From the sequence record DRR723986_21860: a stretch of 64,000 nucleotides of DNA; one strand, given 5' to 3'. The notes under the pieces are model-generated. The model did not search any database and was not told the origin of the DNA. It saw only the letters and a program-made list of their open reading frames with translations. Each line of letters begins with the position of its first letter. The first letter of the stretch is position 1. This document shows positions 37,919 through 50,000 of the stretch, piece after piece. The position numbers and the translations under genes were made by a program.

Positions 37919-39451
37919 TTACTTAGCAACAGTAACTCTTTTAGTCATAATGTTTCCATTAACGTTAATGTTCATTAAGTACATTCCACCTTCTAAATCA
38001 GCAGTTGCAACTTCAACATTTTGGAATCCGTTAACTTCACCTAAATTGTTTGTGTAAACAATTTGTCCTAAAGCGTTATACATTTCAATTGTTACAACAG
38101 AAACTTCACTTAAGTTTAATTGAACATTTGTCATGTCAACAGCAGGGTTAGGGAATAATTCGATTGAAGTTACTGCAATAGCTTCTTCAACTCCTGTAAA
38201 TCCACCGTCACCAGCTTCCGTTACTTCGAATGCAAATGTTCCCATTGATCCGTAGTTAGTTGCGAATGTATTCGTAGTACCATCATCAGAGATTAATTTA
38301 AGGCTTGATCCTGATAACATTCCATCACCATAATCATCAAACATGATGAAGTGGTAGCATCCAGTAGCTAAACCTGGTACGTATACGTGCTGAGTTGAAC
38401 CATTAGCAGTCCAAGTTCCAATTGAAACGAAATCAATTAATCCAGTATAAGAACCACCATTTGCAGCACTGTACGCAGCAGAAGCGTCAGTTAAATACGG
38501 GTTTCCAGAAGCAACTGCAACACCTACTTCAGATGCGTAGTTGTCTAATTTTACTTCGATATCTAAATCTCCAGCTCCAGCGTCAACTGCTTGAACAACG
38601 TTGATAGGTGCAGAAATATCATCATTAGTTAAATCGTCATTCGCAGTTGTAATAGTAACTAATACGTTATTCATTCCTAAAGCTAAATTTACAGAACCAA
38701 CATTTACTTCAGTTGCAGCATAAGGCTGTAAGTTTAAAGTAGCGTTAGTTGTAGCAATTGGTGAGCCACCTAATGAAGCTTCAATAGTATAAGTTCCGTT
38801 AATTGCAGAAGTTGAATAGTTTTGAACCGCAACTTTAATATCAGTTGTAGCAGTTCCACCACCACATAAAGTGATGTCAGAAACAGAAGTGTTGTCAATG
38901 ATTCTTGGATCATTTGTGTTTGATGCAGTTGAGCCACAAGCATTAACAGCAGACACCCATCCAGCTGCAGAAGCCTGTCCTACCTCAGTTACAGTTCTAT
39001 CCGGACATATAAGTAATAAAGTCGGGTAATAAGCTAGATTCATTAGAGACGCAACACCATCATCATTACAAACTGGATAATCTGTTCCCGTAACCCAGTC
39101 CCCTATTGAATTTCCACCACCGTCTAATGTGTTCTCCGGTGTTGAAGGGTCTGCATCAACTGCTATTATAAATACCTCATCTGTTCCACCGGCTCCTATA
39201 TTATTATAAACATCTTCTAGAGTACCAGCTTGATGATAATTCCAACAAGGACCGCACCAAACGGCGAACAAGTCCAAAATTACTGGTTTTCCTGAATCAA
39301 GGATTGCATCAATATCGTAAGTTGTTCCACCAGGGTAATCAGTTAATGTTAATCCACCAGGATAAACACCATAATCAGGCAATTGCGCATTTGCAGAACC
39401 AGCAACGGTCATTAAAGCAGCAACTCCTAAAGATTGTAAAATTTTCTTCAT
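37919..39451 (-). CDS. T9SS type A cargo with an N-terminal thioredoxin-like domain (WCGPC)
   Basis: Signal ANA-Q, LDLFAVWCGPCW, YYPT, CARDB-like middle, DNYASE...DDYGDG module, LFPNP...KRVTVAK CTD. Confidence 0.85.
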   Translation of the reverse strand: MKKILQSLGVAALMTVAGSANAQLPDYGVYPGGLTLTDYPGGTTYDIDAILDSGKPVILDLFAVWCGPCWNYHQAGTLEDVYNNIGAGGTDEVFIIAVDADPSTPENTLDGGGNSIGDWVTGTDYPVCNDDGVASLMNLAYYPTLLLICPDRTVTEVGQASAAGWVSAVNACGSTASNTNDPRIIDNTSVSDITLCGGGTATTDIKVAVQNYSTSAINGTYTIEASLGGSPIATTNATLNLQPYAATEVNVGSVNLALGMNNVLVTITTANDDLTNDDISAPINVVQAVDAGAGDLDIEVKLDNYASEVGVAVASGNPYLTDASAAYSAANGGSYTGLIDFVSIGTWTANGSTQHVYVPGLATGCYHFIMFDDYGDGMLSGSSLKLISDDGTTNTFATNYGSMGTFAFEVTEAGDGGFTGVEEAIAVTSIELFPNPAVDMTNVQLNLSEVSVVTIEMYNALGQIVYTNNLGEVNGFQNVEVATADLEGGMYLMNINVNGNIMTKRVTVAK

Positions 39452-39480
39452 GATTTTCTTTTTAAATAATTTAGTTCTTC

Positions 39481-39488
39481 CAAATGTA
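39481..39488 (-). promoter_or_regulatory. Bacteroidota -7 promoter element (TACATTTG)
   Basis: TAnnTTTG about 30 nt upstream of ATG 39451. Confidence 0.55.
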
Positions 39489-39638
39489 CGTCACAACTTT
39501 CTTTTTCCAGCATTAAGTTGAACTCTATTCTTGGTTTCCTAAAAATTAGCTATTTGTTCAAGTTTATTAAGAAGGTATAATCTTTGCGTACTTTTTAGTA
39601 TCTTTAAATAAGATTTAGAAATTAAAGACAGATACACT

Positions 39639-40370
39639 ATGAAACAATTATACGCAGTAGCAGCAATATTTTTCTCTGGTTTTGCATATGGACAAAACTT
39701 TGTGGTCCACGATTATAATACAGGGCAGCCATTGGCGCAACCAATTGTCTTGACTGTGGATAGTGCTTCGACAGTTGAGTACGCTGATTCCAAATTTCAC
39801 ATTGTTAATGTTACTGGAGGAGATTTAGATTGCTCTTGGTCCAGGGAACGAAAAGCTCATGATGCTTCAATTGTGGAAGATCAGATATGTGATGATGAAT
39901 TATGTTTCACTGCAAATGATCAAACGTTATATTCGAGACCTTCGACTGGATTTTCGATCGCGGCAGGGGACAGTACATTTTTTCAGCCAAAGGTTTATCC
40001 TGGTGACGTTCCAGCTTGTGTGATTTATACGTACTATATCTATTCGGGGTTAGGCTCGTTGCAAGATTCTATCGAAATTAAATTTAGATTCGATTCTCAA
40101 GATTGTTTCTTGAGTGCAGAAGAGCAAGAGATTGACTTTTCAACTTATCCAAACCCTGCTTCAACTGACTTTAATATTCAATTAACTACAAACGGTGCAA
40201 GTGTTGATTTATTGGTTTATAACATTCTTGGAGAAACGGTAATGACTGAGCAGTTATTTGACGGATTAAATAACGTGAATATTGAGGGGTTAACGAATGG
40301 AGTTTATTTCTATTCAATTAGAAAAAATGGTAAAGCCATTGAAACGAAAAAACTAATTGTAAGAAAATAA
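39639..40370 (+). CDS. T9SS type A sorting domain protein (Ig-like domain with QICDDELC)
   Basis: Signal YG-Q; TYPNPA...YNILG...GVYFY...KKLIVRK CTD. Confidence 0.85.
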   Translation: MKQLYAVAAIFFSGFAYGQNFVVHDYNTGQPLAQPIVLTVDSASTVEYADSKFHIVNVTGGDLDCSWSRERKAHDASIVEDQICDDELCFTANDQTLYSRPSTGFSIAAGDSTFFQPKVYPGDVPACVIYTYYIYSGLGSLQDSIEIKFRFDSQDCFLSAEEQEIDFSTYPNPASTDFNIQLTTNGASVDLLVYNILGETVMTEQLFDGLNNVNIEGLTNGVYFYSIRKNGKAIETKKLIVRK

Positions 40371-40398
40371 TCTTATTGATAATATCATATAAAGCTAG

Positions 40399-40430
40399 AA
40401 GCCTTTCTGTTAAAAACGGGAAGGCTTTTT
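40399..40430 (+). terminator. Rho-independent terminator between convergent genes
   Basis: AAGCCTTTCTGTT...AACGGGAAGGCTT stem (with G-U pairs) followed by T residues. Confidence 0.75.
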
Positions 40431-40434
40431 GTTT

Positions 40435-41142
40435 TTAACTCTTGGAATCCTGAATTAGTGCATTCACCAATTCTGGTAATTTTTCAGTGGCTTTCCCTTG
40501 AAGATGAGTTAGATTCTTAAACTTTACTTTTGTCAATTCATTTACATCCACGATAAATTTCTGACAGTTCTTTTTACATGAATAGATTAAGTTGGCCGCA
40601 GGATAAACATTTAAAGACGTTCCCACAACGATAAAAATATCTGCATCCGCAACATATTTTTCTGCTTCATACATTCTTGGAACAGCTTCTCCAAACCAAA
40701 CGACATGTGGTCTAAGTTGATGTCCGCTAGACGATAATTCACCAATTTTTAAATCTGAGCCTGCCAGTTCTAGAACCTCATCTTCATTGGCACTGCATTG
40801 TGCTTTTCTTATTTCACCATGCAGATGTAAAACTTCGGATGAGCCGCTGCGCTCGTGCAAATCATCAATATTTTGGGTGATTATTTTAACATTGAAATGT
40901 TTTTCAAGATGGACTAGACATTCATGCGCCAAATTTGGCACCGCTTCTAGCACGAGTTTTCGTCTTAAATTGTAAAAGTCTAATACGAGTTCAGGGTTTT
41001 TTTCCCAAGCCTCAGGTGTGGCAACTTCACTTATATCGTATTGATCCCATAAGCCACCAACATCTCTAAATGTTCCCAGCCCGCTCTCGGCACTGATTCC
41101 AGCACCAGATAGTATTACAATATTTCGTTTAGATTTTAGCAT
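40435..41142 (-). CDS. cobB: NAD-dependent protein deacylase (class III sirtuin)
   Basis: GAGISAESG..TFR, FYNLRR (YxxR), TQNIDDLHE, HLHG, LRPHVVWFGE, GTSLNVYPAA; start placed at MLKSKR. Confidence 0.9.
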   Translation of the reverse strand: MLKSKRNIVILSGAGISAESGLGTFRDVGGLWDQYDISEVATPEAWEKNPELVLDFYNLRRKLVLEAVPNLAHECLVHLEKHFNVKIITQNIDDLHERSGSSEVLHLHGEIRKAQCSANEDEVLELAGSDLKIGELSSSGHQLRPHVVWFGEAVPRMYEAEKYVADADIFIVVGTSLNVYPAANLIYSCKKNCQKFIVDVNELTKVKFKNLTHLQGKATEKLPELVNALIQDSKS

Positions 41143-41240
41143 CCCGGACCTTAAGTCTTGTCTAAAATTAAACAAATAATTAATTCCCGTCAGTTCAGCT
41201 TTAATTTTTATCTTTATCGGCTTAATTCAACGCAAGCTTT

Positions 41241-43508
41241 ATGGCAAAAATAAGGAAACAATACGCTCTAGATTATCACGCAAATGGTAGACCAGGTAAA
41301 ATAGAGGTGATTCCAACCAAGCCTTATAGTACTCAACGAGACCTTACTTTGGCGTATTCGCCAGGTGTGGCTGAACCTTGTTTGGAAATTGCAGAAGACA
41401 AAGCGAATGCTTATAAGTATACAGCTAAAGGTAATTTGGTTGCCGTAATATCAAACGGTACCGCAGTTTTGGGTCTGGGAGATATTGGACCTGAAGCTTC
41501 TAAGCCAGTGATGGAAGGTAAGGGATTGTTGTTCAAGATATTTGCTGATATTGACGTTTTTGATATCGAAGTAGATGCATCTGATCCTGACTTGTTTATA
41601 CAAACGGTGAAAGCCATAGCACCAACTTTCGGCGGAATTAATCTTGAGGATATTAAGGCTCCTGAGGCCTTTGAAATTGAAAGAAGATTGAAAGAAGAGT
41701 TAGATATCCCTATCATGCATGATGATCAGCATGGAACAGCAATAATTTCATCAGCGGCGTTAATTAATGCTCTTGAACTTGCTAAAAAGGATATTAAAAA
41801 AGTAAAAATAGTTGTTGTAGGAGCAGGAGCTGCTGCTTTTTCATGTTGTAAATTGTATTTGGCATTAGGGGCTAAAAAAGAAAATATCTTCATGTATGAT
41901 TCTAAAGGGTTGCTTTCTGCTGTCCGAAAGGATATGGATGAGCATAAAGAGTTCTTTGCTGTTCATAAAAAAGACGTGAAACTGGTGGATGCTATGAAAA
42001 AAGCAGATGTGTTTTTAGGGTTATCTAAAGGAGGATTAATTTCAAAAGACATGATCAAATCAATGCCTAAAAACCCTATTGTTTTCGCATTGGCAAATCC
42101 TGAACCCGAAATTTCTTATGATGATGCTACTTCAGTTAGAAAGGATATCATCATGGCAACAGGACGATCTGATCATCCTAATCAGGTCAACAATGTTTTA
42201 GGTTTCCCTTTTATTTTTAGAGGAGCATTAGATGTACGTGCCACTGCAATTAATGAAGCTATGAAATTAGCAGCAGTTCACGCGATTGCAAATTTAGCGA
42301 AAGAGCAGGTTCCTGAAGAGGTGAATGAAGCATATAACGAAAAAAATATTTCATTCGGAAAAGACCAAATCATTCCGAAACCAATGGATCCAAGATTAAT
42401 TACTGCAGTTTCTCCTGCGGTAGCCAAGGCGGCCATGGATTCAGGAGTGGCTCAATTCAATATTGAAGATTGGGACGAATACGAATTCGAATTAAAGAAA
42501 AGATTAGGATTGGATAATAAAGTGGTAGATACCCTTACCACTAAAGCTGTTAACAATCCACAACGAGTTGTTTTTGCTGAAGCAGATAATTATAAAATTC
42601 TGAAAGCTGCCCAACTTGCAAAGGATGAAGGTTATGCCATTCCAATTTTATTAGGTAGAAAGGCTAAAATTCTTGATTTGATTGCAGAAAATGAAATCGA
42701 ATTAGAAGATGTAGAAATCATTGACCCCAAGGACGAAGAGCAAAGAGCAAAACGGAAAGCCTACGGCTTAGAGTTTTTTGAGAAAAGAAAACGTAAAGGT
42801 GTTACCTTATTTGAAGCAGAAAAATTAATGCGTGAGCGTAATTATTTTGGTTCTATGATGGTTGAAAAAGGTGAAGCTGACTGCATGATTTCGGGAATCA
42901 CTAGAAATTACAAAGACGTAATTCGCCCGGCTTTGCATGTGGTTGGAACTCAAGAAGGAGTGGATAAAGTGGCCGGAATGTATATTATGAGTACAAAAAG
43001 AGGACCGCTTGTACTAGCTGATACGACAGTAAACATAGATCCAACCGCAGAAGAATTGGCAGAGATCACTAATCTTGTCGCAAAAAAAGTAAGAAGATTA
43101 AATATTCATCCAAGAATTGCCCTTTTATCATATTCTAATTTTGGATCTGCCACCGGAAAGGATTCTGAAAAAATGTCTAAAGCGGTGAAAATCATTAATG
43201 AACGCTACCCAACCCTTATAGTGGACGGTGAAATTCAAGCAAACTTTGCGTTGAATAACGACCTATTAATGGAGAAATTTGCTTTTTCAGATCTTGCGAA
43301 TAAAAGTGTTAATACCTTAATCTTCCCAAATCTTGCATCTGGAAATATTGCTTACAAACTCCTTCAAGAAATGGGTGATGATGTAGATGCTATAGGTCCA
43401 ATTTTGGTAGGAATGAAAAAGTCTATTCACGTTTTACAGTTAGGAAGTACGGTGAGAGAAATTTTAAACATGGTTAAAATTGCCGTTGTAGACGCTCAAA
43501 TAAAATAA
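41241..43508 (+). CDS. maeB: NADP-dependent malic enzyme with phosphotransacetylase-like C-terminal domain
   Basis: LAYSPGVA, SNGTAVLGLG, KPVMEGK, INLEDI, HDDQHGTA, ATGRSDHPNQVNN; PTA domain VDGEIQAN, FPNLASGNIAYK. Confidence 0.96.
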   Translation: MAKIRKQYALDYHANGRPGKIEVIPTKPYSTQRDLTLAYSPGVAEPCLEIAEDKANAYKYTAKGNLVAVISNGTAVLGLGDIGPEASKPVMEGKGLLFKIFADIDVFDIEVDASDPDLFIQTVKAIAPTFGGINLEDIKAPEAFEIERRLKEELDIPIMHDDQHGTAIISSAALINALELAKKDIKKVKIVVVGAGAAAFSCCKLYLALGAKKENIFMYDSKGLLSAVRKDMDEHKEFFAVHKKDVKLVDAMKKADVFLGLSKGGLISKDMIKSMPKNPIVFALANPEPEISYDDATSVRKDIIMATGRSDHPNQVNNVLGFPFIFRGALDVRATAINEAMKLAAVHAIANLAKEQVPEEVNEAYNEKNISFGKDQIIPKPMDPRLITAVSPAVAKAAMDSGVAQFNIEDWDEYEFELKKRLGLDNKVVDTLTTKAVNNPQRVVFAEADNYKILKAAQLAKDEGYAIPILLGRKAKILDLIAENEIELEDVEIIDPKDEEQRAKRKAYGLEFFEKRKRKGVTLFEAEKLMRERNYFGSMMVEKGEADCMISGITRNYKDVIRPALHVVGTQEGVDKVAGMYIMSTKRGPLVLADTTVNIDPTAEELAEITNLVAKKVRRLNIHPRIALLSYSNFGSATGKDSEKMSKAVKIINERYPTLIVDGEIQANFALNNDLLMEKFAFSDLANKSVNTLIFPNLASGNIAYKLLQEMGDDVDAIGPILVGMKKSIHVLQLGSTVREILNMVKIAVVDAQIK

Positions 43509-43509
43509 G

Positions 43510-44085
43510 ATGATTGCTCACCTAAACGGAAGATTAATAGAAAAAACACCAACTCACATTATTGTTGAGTGCGGTGGTGTAGGATATTTTGTAAAAATCA
43601 GTTTGAATACTTTTTCAAAAATCGGACCGGATGAGTCAATAAAAATATTCACACAGCTTCAAGTTAGAGAAGATGCCCATACATTGTATGGTTTTTACTC
43701 AACTAGTGAACGCGACATGTTCAACCACTTGATTTCTGTATCAGGTATTGGCGCGAATACTGGCATATTGATGTTGTCAGCTATGACCTCTGATGAAATT
43801 GCTTCTGCAATTGTAAACGAAGAGGTCGGAGTTATTCAAAGCATAAAAGGAATAGGGGCAAAAACCGCACAGAGAGTCATTATCGACCTGAAAGATAAGG
43901 TGATGAAATCTGATTTTGTATCAGAAAATATTTTCGCTTCAAACAATACGAATCAAAATGATGCGTTAACTGCTCTGTTGGCTCTAGGTTTTGATAAAAA
44001 ACGAGCCGAAAAAGCAATTAATAAAATCCTCTCTGATGACCAATCTGTAGAGGAAATAATTAAAGAGGCATTAAAAGTATTGTAA
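43510..44085 (+). CDS. ruvA: Holliday junction branch migration protein RuvA
   Basis: MIAHLNG, GGVGY, VREDA..LYGF, VSGIG, IKGIGAKTAQR, AL.ALGF. Confidence 0.97.
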   Translation: MIAHLNGRLIEKTPTHIIVECGGVGYFVKISLNTFSKIGPDESIKIFTQLQVREDAHTLYGFYSTSERDMFNHLISVSGIGANTGILMLSAMTSDEIASAIVNEEVGVIQSIKGIGAKTAQRVIIDLKDKVMKSDFVSENIFASNNTNQNDALTALLALGFDKKRAEKAINKILSDDQSVEEIIKEALKVL

Positions 44086-44091
44086 AACTCT

Positions 44092-47000
44092 GTGAATAAA
44101 GGTCTACTCATAACACTAACGCTTATTTGGGTGAATTGTTCGTTTGGACAAACCGACACTTCTAAGCTAAAATATCCCATCAAGGATTATTATGATTATA
44201 CCCAAAAAACAGATCCGCGTATCGGATTACAAGACCCTTCAAATTTAAATACAACTGTAGTTTATAATCCTGAAACTGGATTGTATGAAATCTATCAAAT
44301 GATAGGCGGTGTGCAATACAGATATCCAACGGCAATGACTCTAGAAGAGTACATGGCCTATAAAAGAGAACAAGCTCTAAAAAACGGATTTCAGGAAAAA
44401 ATCGAACAAGCCAACGACCAAGAACACGGTAAAAATCTAATACCAGGTTTAAGTGTTAAGAACGAAGCTTTTGATGTAATTTTTGGTGGTGACGAAATCA
44501 ACATTCGTCCGCAAGGTTCTGCTGAATTATCATTTGGGGTGAACATTTCTAAGTATGACAATCCGGTTCTACCAATCAAACAAAGAAGGGTAACAACCTT
44601 TGATTTTCAACAACGAATTAACCTAAACTTAGTGGGTCAAATTGGAGATAAATTAAAGTTGACTATTGCACAAAATACAGAGGCGACCTTTAATTTCCAG
44701 AACAACGTTAAAATTGAATACACTGGATACGAAGATGAGATTATCCAAAAAATTGAAGCAGGGAATGTTAGTTTACCATTAAACACAACTTTAATTCAAG
44801 GGTCTCAAAGTTTGTTCGGTATACGGTCAGATCTAAGATGGGGACGCTTCACCACTAATTTGATTCTAGCACAGGAAAAAGGTAAAAGACAAGAAATTAA
44901 CGTTTCAGGAGGAGCACAAGTTCAAGAGTTTGAAGTAAAAGCAGATAACTATGAGGCCAACAAGCACTACTTCTTAAATTATTATCATAGAGAGCATTAT
45001 GATGAGGCAATGCAAACCATGCCTTTGGTACAGTCTGATGTACAAATCACAAAAATAGAAGTTTGGGTAACCAACAGAATTAACAAAGTCGAGAACACGA
45101 GAAACGTATTGGCATTTACCGATTTAGGTGAAGAGTCTCCTGTGAATTATGAAGGAGCACCAACTGCAGTAATGGGAAGTACCGTACCTGACAATGATGC
45201 CAACTCGCTCTATTCAGATTTATCTGCCGCCCCTCAAGTGCGAGAGTTTTCAAATGCTGTACCATTTTTATCAGCTCTTGGACCAACGCAGTCTGGACCT
45301 TTCAATCAGGCAACTCACTATGAAAAAGTTGAGAACGCAAGACAACTTTCAGAACAAGAGTTCACTTACAATGCACAATTGGGGTATATTTCATTGAAAT
45401 CTCCTTTGAATCAAGATGAGGTATTGGGTGTAGCTTATCAATATACGTTTGGAGGTAAAACTTATCAAGTAGGTGAATTCTCAAATGATGTACCAGTTGA
45501 AGAGGGTTCAAAAAGTGCATTAATCTTAAAACTATTAAAGCCAACTATTGTTAATCCGGCCAACAAAACTTGGGATTTGATGATGAAAAACGTTTACTCA
45601 ATTGGTGCATACCAAGTGAGCCAAACTGATTTTATCGTTGATCTTTATTACAATAATCCAAGAACATCTGTTGACATCAATTATCTGCCTTATGATGGTG
45701 TAAATAATAAATTGTTGATGCAAACCATGGATCTGGATCGTCTGAACATCCAAAATAATTTACAGCCAGATGGTCGATTTGATTATGTTCCAATTCAATA
45801 CATGGGGAACAAAGCAACTAACGGAGGAACAATTGACCCAAAAACGGGACGTGTTTTCTTTACCACCATTGAGCCGTTTGGTAAAACTTTAAAAGATAAA
45901 TTGGAAGCTTCGGGACAACTTTCTAATCTAGAAGTTAATGGTATTGTGTATCAAGAGTTATATGATTCAACTAAAACTGCGGCTCAACAAATCCCCAATA
46001 AAAATAGATTTAAACTGAAAGGTGAATATAAATCATCCGTTAGTTCTGACATTTCTTTGAATTCTTTGAACGTTCCTGAAGGTTCAGTAACGGTGACTGC
46101 TGGTGGTGTGAAACTTACCGAGGGAACAGATTATACCGTAGATTACAACTTAGGTAGGGTGAAGATATTAAACCAAGGAATTCTTGAATCTGGCACACCA
46201 ATCAAAGTACAGTTAGAAAGTAATTCGTTATTTGGATTCCAGCAAAAGTCATTAGTAGGAGCGCATTTTAATTATGAATTCAATAAAGATTTTAATTGGG
46301 GTGCTACGGTGATGAATTTGACAGAAAAACCATTGACTCAAAAGGTAAATGTTGGAGATGAACCCATAAGTAATACTGTTGTAGGCACAGACATATCATA
46401 TCGTAGAGACGTTCCGTTTTTAACCAAATTGGTGGATTTATTACCGATTATTTCAACGAAAGAAAAATCAAGCATCAATGCTTATGGTGAATTTGCATAC
46501 TTAATACCAGGCACTCAACGAGCAATTTCAAAAGAGGGAATATCTTATATTGATGGTTTTGAGGGCTCACAATCGGCAATTGATATCAAAAACTTCTCAG
46601 CTTGGAAATTAGCTTCTGTACCTCAAGGTCAGCCAGCCATGTTCCCTGAAGCACACACCAATTTATCTAGCCTAAGTTCTGGATACAACAGAGCAAAACT
46701 AGCCTGGTACGTGGTGGATCCAACAACCTTTTATCAAAATTCAACAGTAACTCCTGAACATTTGCAGAATAACAATGACGTATTGTGTGATTCAAGATGG
46801 CACATCTTAAGTCAAACCGCATTATTCCCGCAACAACAACCTGTAACGGGTACCCTAAATAATATTCCAGTTCTAGATTTGGCATACTATCCATCTGAAA
46901 GAGGTCAGTATAATTATGATACCACTGAGACGTTTATTGATGCTGATGGTAAGTTCACCAATCCAAGTGACCGTTGGGCTGGAGTAATGCGATCTTTGAC

Positions 47001-50000
47001 CACTACAAACTTTGAAACAGCAAATATTCAATTTATCCAATTTTGGATGTTGGACCCTTTTAATGATGATGCAACTGAAGGTGGAACAACAAATATGGGA
47101 GGTGGAGATTTGTATTTCAACCTAGGTAATATTTCAGAAGATATCTTACCAGATTCGAGAAAAAGTTTTGAAAATGGATTACCAGCAAGTAGTAATTTTA
47201 CGGCGGATGACTATGATACTACCAAATGGGCCGTTGTTTATAACCAGCAGGTAATTGTCAATGCTTTTGATAACAATGTTAGTTCAAGAAGATATCAAGA
47301 TGTTGGATTAGATGGACTTTCAGATGCAGCCGAAGCTGCTTGGTTCAGTGATTTTGTGAACTGGGTAAATTCAAGTGGATTGAATGCGGATGCTAAAGCA
47401 CAACTGGTAAGTGACCCATCATCTGATAATTATCAATACTATTTGGATACACAACACGATATTGATTCCAACAACATTGTTCGTAGATATAAAAACTTCA
47501 ACGGAACAGAAGGGAATTCACCAACCGCAGAGATGTCAGATTCCATTACTGGAGGAGCAGGTTATACAATTCAAGCAACTACTACACCAGATATCGAAGA
47601 TTTAAATCAAGATAATAACCTAAGTGAGACTGAAAGTTATTTCCAGTATCATGTAAGTTTAAGACCGCAGGACATGCAAATAGGTCAAAACTTTATTACC
47701 AACGCACAAGTTGTTCAGCAAGATGATGCCTGTGGGGGAAAGACAGAAACATGGTACCAATTTAAAATTCCAATTGAAGAGTTTGATTCAAAAGTGAATG
47801 GAATAGCGGACTTTAGATCTATACGATTTATTAGAATGTTTATGAACGAATTCGATCATCCTGTGGTGGTTCGATTTGCCCGATTAGAATTGATTAGAGG
47901 TGAGTGGCGTAAATATCTTGATGATTTGGATGAGCCAGGTGAGATTATACAAGATGATCCTAATTCAACTGAGTTCAATATTGCAGCAGTGAACTTAGAA
48001 GAAAATGAAGGTAAAGATCCAGTAGGATATTGGACACCTCCAGGGATTTTAAGAGAGCAAGATCAAGGTTCAATTAACTTAAGACAATTGAATGAGCAAG
48101 CATTATCATTAGAGGTTTGCGGATTAAAAGACGGAGAGGCAAGAGCTGCATATAAAAATGTAAGCTTCGATATCCGATCATATAAGAAATTGAAAATGTT
48201 CATCCATGCAGAACAACAGCAAAAAGCTGGTTGGGTGGAGTCAGATTTACAAGATGATCAATTGACGGTATTCATTCGATTAGGAACAGATTTCGAAGAC
48301 AATTATTATGAGTATGAAATTCCTTTAAAATTAACGGCATGGGGAACTTCTCCAGGTTCTGACGCCAATGCCGATTTAATTTGGCCTACAGCGAACAATT
48401 TAGAGGTGGTTTTCGATTCGTTGACCCAATTGAAAATCTTCAGAGATGCTCTGGGTAATGTGCCAAATGGCACCGAGTATGTCAAGGTATTGCCGCCTGA
48501 TGCAAATGGAACCGTGACAAGAATTAAAGTAAAAGGAAATCCTAACCTCCAAGGAATGAAAGTGATCATGATTGGGGTTAGAAATCCCGGGAAAGATACC
48601 AATCACCCATGGATGGCAGCTGAAGATGGTCTGGATAAATGCGGAGAAGTTTGGGTGAATGAGTTGAGGTTGACTGACTTTGATCAAAGAGGTGGATGGG
48701 CAAGTACTGCTAGGGTAAATGTTCAATTGGCAGATTTCGCTACAGTGAACTTAGCGGGGAATTATTCTACACCAAATTGGGGGTCAATTGAGAAAAAGGT
48801 AAGCGAACGTCAAAGAGATACTCAGAAATCATTCGATTTATCTACCAACGTTGAATTGGGTCAATTTTTTGGTAGAAAAGCCAACATACAAGTGCCGTTT
48901 TATTATGGATATTCAGTAGCAGCTATTGATCCAGAATTTGATTTATTGGCTCCTGATATCAGACTGAACGAACTTCCACCTGATTTGAAGGCTGAAAGAG
49001 CCAAGATGTCTAGAGATTTGACAATCCGAAAATCTTACAATTTTACCAATGTCAGAAGAGAAAGACCTGCAGGAAAAGATGTACATTTTTGGGATATTGA
49101 AAACTGGTCCGCTACTTATTCTTACAATGAATTATACAGGCGAGATATCAACACAGAATATGACAGAACAAGAACCTGGAGGGGTGGGTTAAATTATACG
49201 TATTCTAACAAACCAATTGTAGTTGAACCTTTCAAAAACGTTAAGGCCTTGCGAAAGTCAAAGTGGTTTAGAATTATCAAGGACATTAACTTTAATCTAG
49301 GACCTAAATCATTTAGCTTTAATAATGACTTGACGAGAATGTATAATGAACGAAAAAACCGCGATTTATCTGGAGATTCATTGGCACCAGTCTTTGATCC
49401 AACAGTGTTAAAAAACTTTGCTTGGACAAGGCAGTATGACTTGAAATATGACTTCACTAAACAGTTGAAATTTACATTCAACGCGAATAACTCGTCTATT
49501 TTGACTGAACCGAACGGGGTAATTAATAGAAAATCAAATGACCCTGAGGAAATCGAGGCCTATAGAGGTTTTATAAATGCCTTCCAAAGTGCCTTTAATG
49601 GCCGAAGAGGTTCGTTTTTAGATTCTAATAATGTGATGCAGTATGTGGATGGAGCAGATTCAATTGGAGTAGGAGGTTACAACATGAACTACGGTCATGC
49701 GTATAACCTAACCTACAAGTTACCATTGAACAAAATTCCGATCACAGATTGGATATCTACCAATGTAAAATTAAGGGGAAGTTATGATTGGCAACGTGCA
49801 CCATTAGCACAACCGTTGTACGGAAATACCATCCAAAACTCTAGAAATTTCAGTGTAAACGGGCAATTAAATTTTGTAAATCTTTATAACAAAATAGATT
49901 ACTTTAAGCGCATCAATAATGATGGTAAAAAAGGCAGAGGAGGTAGAGGTCGCCAAACGAATGAACCGAAAAAAGAGACAAAAGAAGAGAAAGCAGAGCG

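Noticed and set aside
16057-40434. Mobile genomic island or transposon carrying the copper genes
   Set aside because: No integrase, transposase, tRNA or flanking direct repeats were seen; I could not compute composition shifts, so mobility is unsupported.
40435-41175. Sir2-domain anti-phage defence gene (Thoeris/DSR type)
   Set aside because: It is a stand-alone CobB-type deacylase with canonical motifs and housekeeping neighbours.
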